From: Dehalococcoidia bacterium
Lineage (GTDB): Bacteria; Chloroflexota; Dehalococcoidia; UBA2979
Assembly (NCBI GenBank): GCA_965198045.1
Contig: CBDAOL010000007.1
Location: 162,832-226,831, forward strand
Length of the DNA: 64,000 bases
Direction of reading: 5' to 3'
Position 1 is the stretch's first letter, and each line of letters begins with the position of its first letter. The notes under the pieces are model-generated. The model saw nothing but the letters and a program-made list of their open reading frames with translations. It was not told the origin of the DNA and did no database searches. The translations under genes were made by a program, and so were the position numbers. Positions 63,618-64,000 of the stretch are shown here, in pieces.

Positions 63618-64000
63618 CTAGCGCCCGATGAGCCGCGGCCGCATCGCGATGATGTAGGTTTCGGCCAAGCCGGCCTTCCGGCCCTGGTGCAGGGCGATGT
63701 AGTCGGCGTGGGCGCCCAGGGTCAGAAAGTGATCCCGGGTGGGGTACGCGACGATCGCCACGGCATCCCAGTGCGGTGACCCAATCAGCGTGCGATGGGT
63801 CCTGCGCGCGCTGTACACCACTCGCAGCCCATACTGCCGTCCCAGACTTCCGCCGGGGAAGTTGTTGCCACGTACGCGTCGTGCTTCTCTTTCCCATGGT
63901 CCGGCGAGTAGCGCAGCAGGTTCAGCATCCACACGGGCCCCGTCGCAAACGCCGCGTCGGTGACGAAGTCCGCCGCCTGCGCGGGCGCGGCCTGTGTTGG
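63618..64000 (-). CDS. DUF1330-like protein (partial, frameshifted)
   Basis: PVWMLNLLRY and WDAVAIVAYPTRDHF...Y...H..R.AGL lie in different frames. Confidence 0.7.
   Translation of the reverse strand, partial: NTGRARAGGGLRHRRGVCDGARVDAEPAALLAGPWEREARRVRGNNFPGGSLGRQYGLRVVYSARRTHRTLIGSPHWDAVAIVAYPTRDHFLTLGAHADYIALHQGRKAGLAETYIIAMRPRLIGR

Overview
GC-rich bacterial window. The gene repertoire (many CaiB/BaiF CoA-transferases, LLM monooxygenases, thiolase/DUF35 pairs, alpha/beta-hydrolase-cyclase fusions, NHL proteins) suggests Chloroflexota/Dehalococcoidia, which is an inference. The main structure is a candidate ~39 kb integrative element inserted in the 3' end of dnaN. The last 9 codons plus stop of dnaN (VMPMFVQWD*, 1140-1170) recur with only synonymous changes at 40084-40114, directly at the end of a large serine recombinase. 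The element's ends carry a satellite-like backbone: HTH regulator, DUF3987 helicase-like protein and Zn-finger protein on the left; a three-box degenerate repeat array, small terminase, RHH protein and serine recombinase on the right. No capsid or conjugation genes were recognised. The recombinase reading frame appears to cross the att site, so its C-terminus would differ between the integrated and excised states. Two IS3-family elements are present (one has a 4-bp TSD and splits a gene), plus an IS3 remnant. An IS110 element at 51537-52883 has an upstream non-coding region with visible guide matches to both its donor junction and its target site (bridge RNA). The rest is lipid/CoA/sulfur catabolic and transport genes. 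Caveat: the window has many truncated or chimeric gene fragments, frameshifts and in-frame stops, both inside and outside the island, so some junctions are probably assembly or amplification artefacts.
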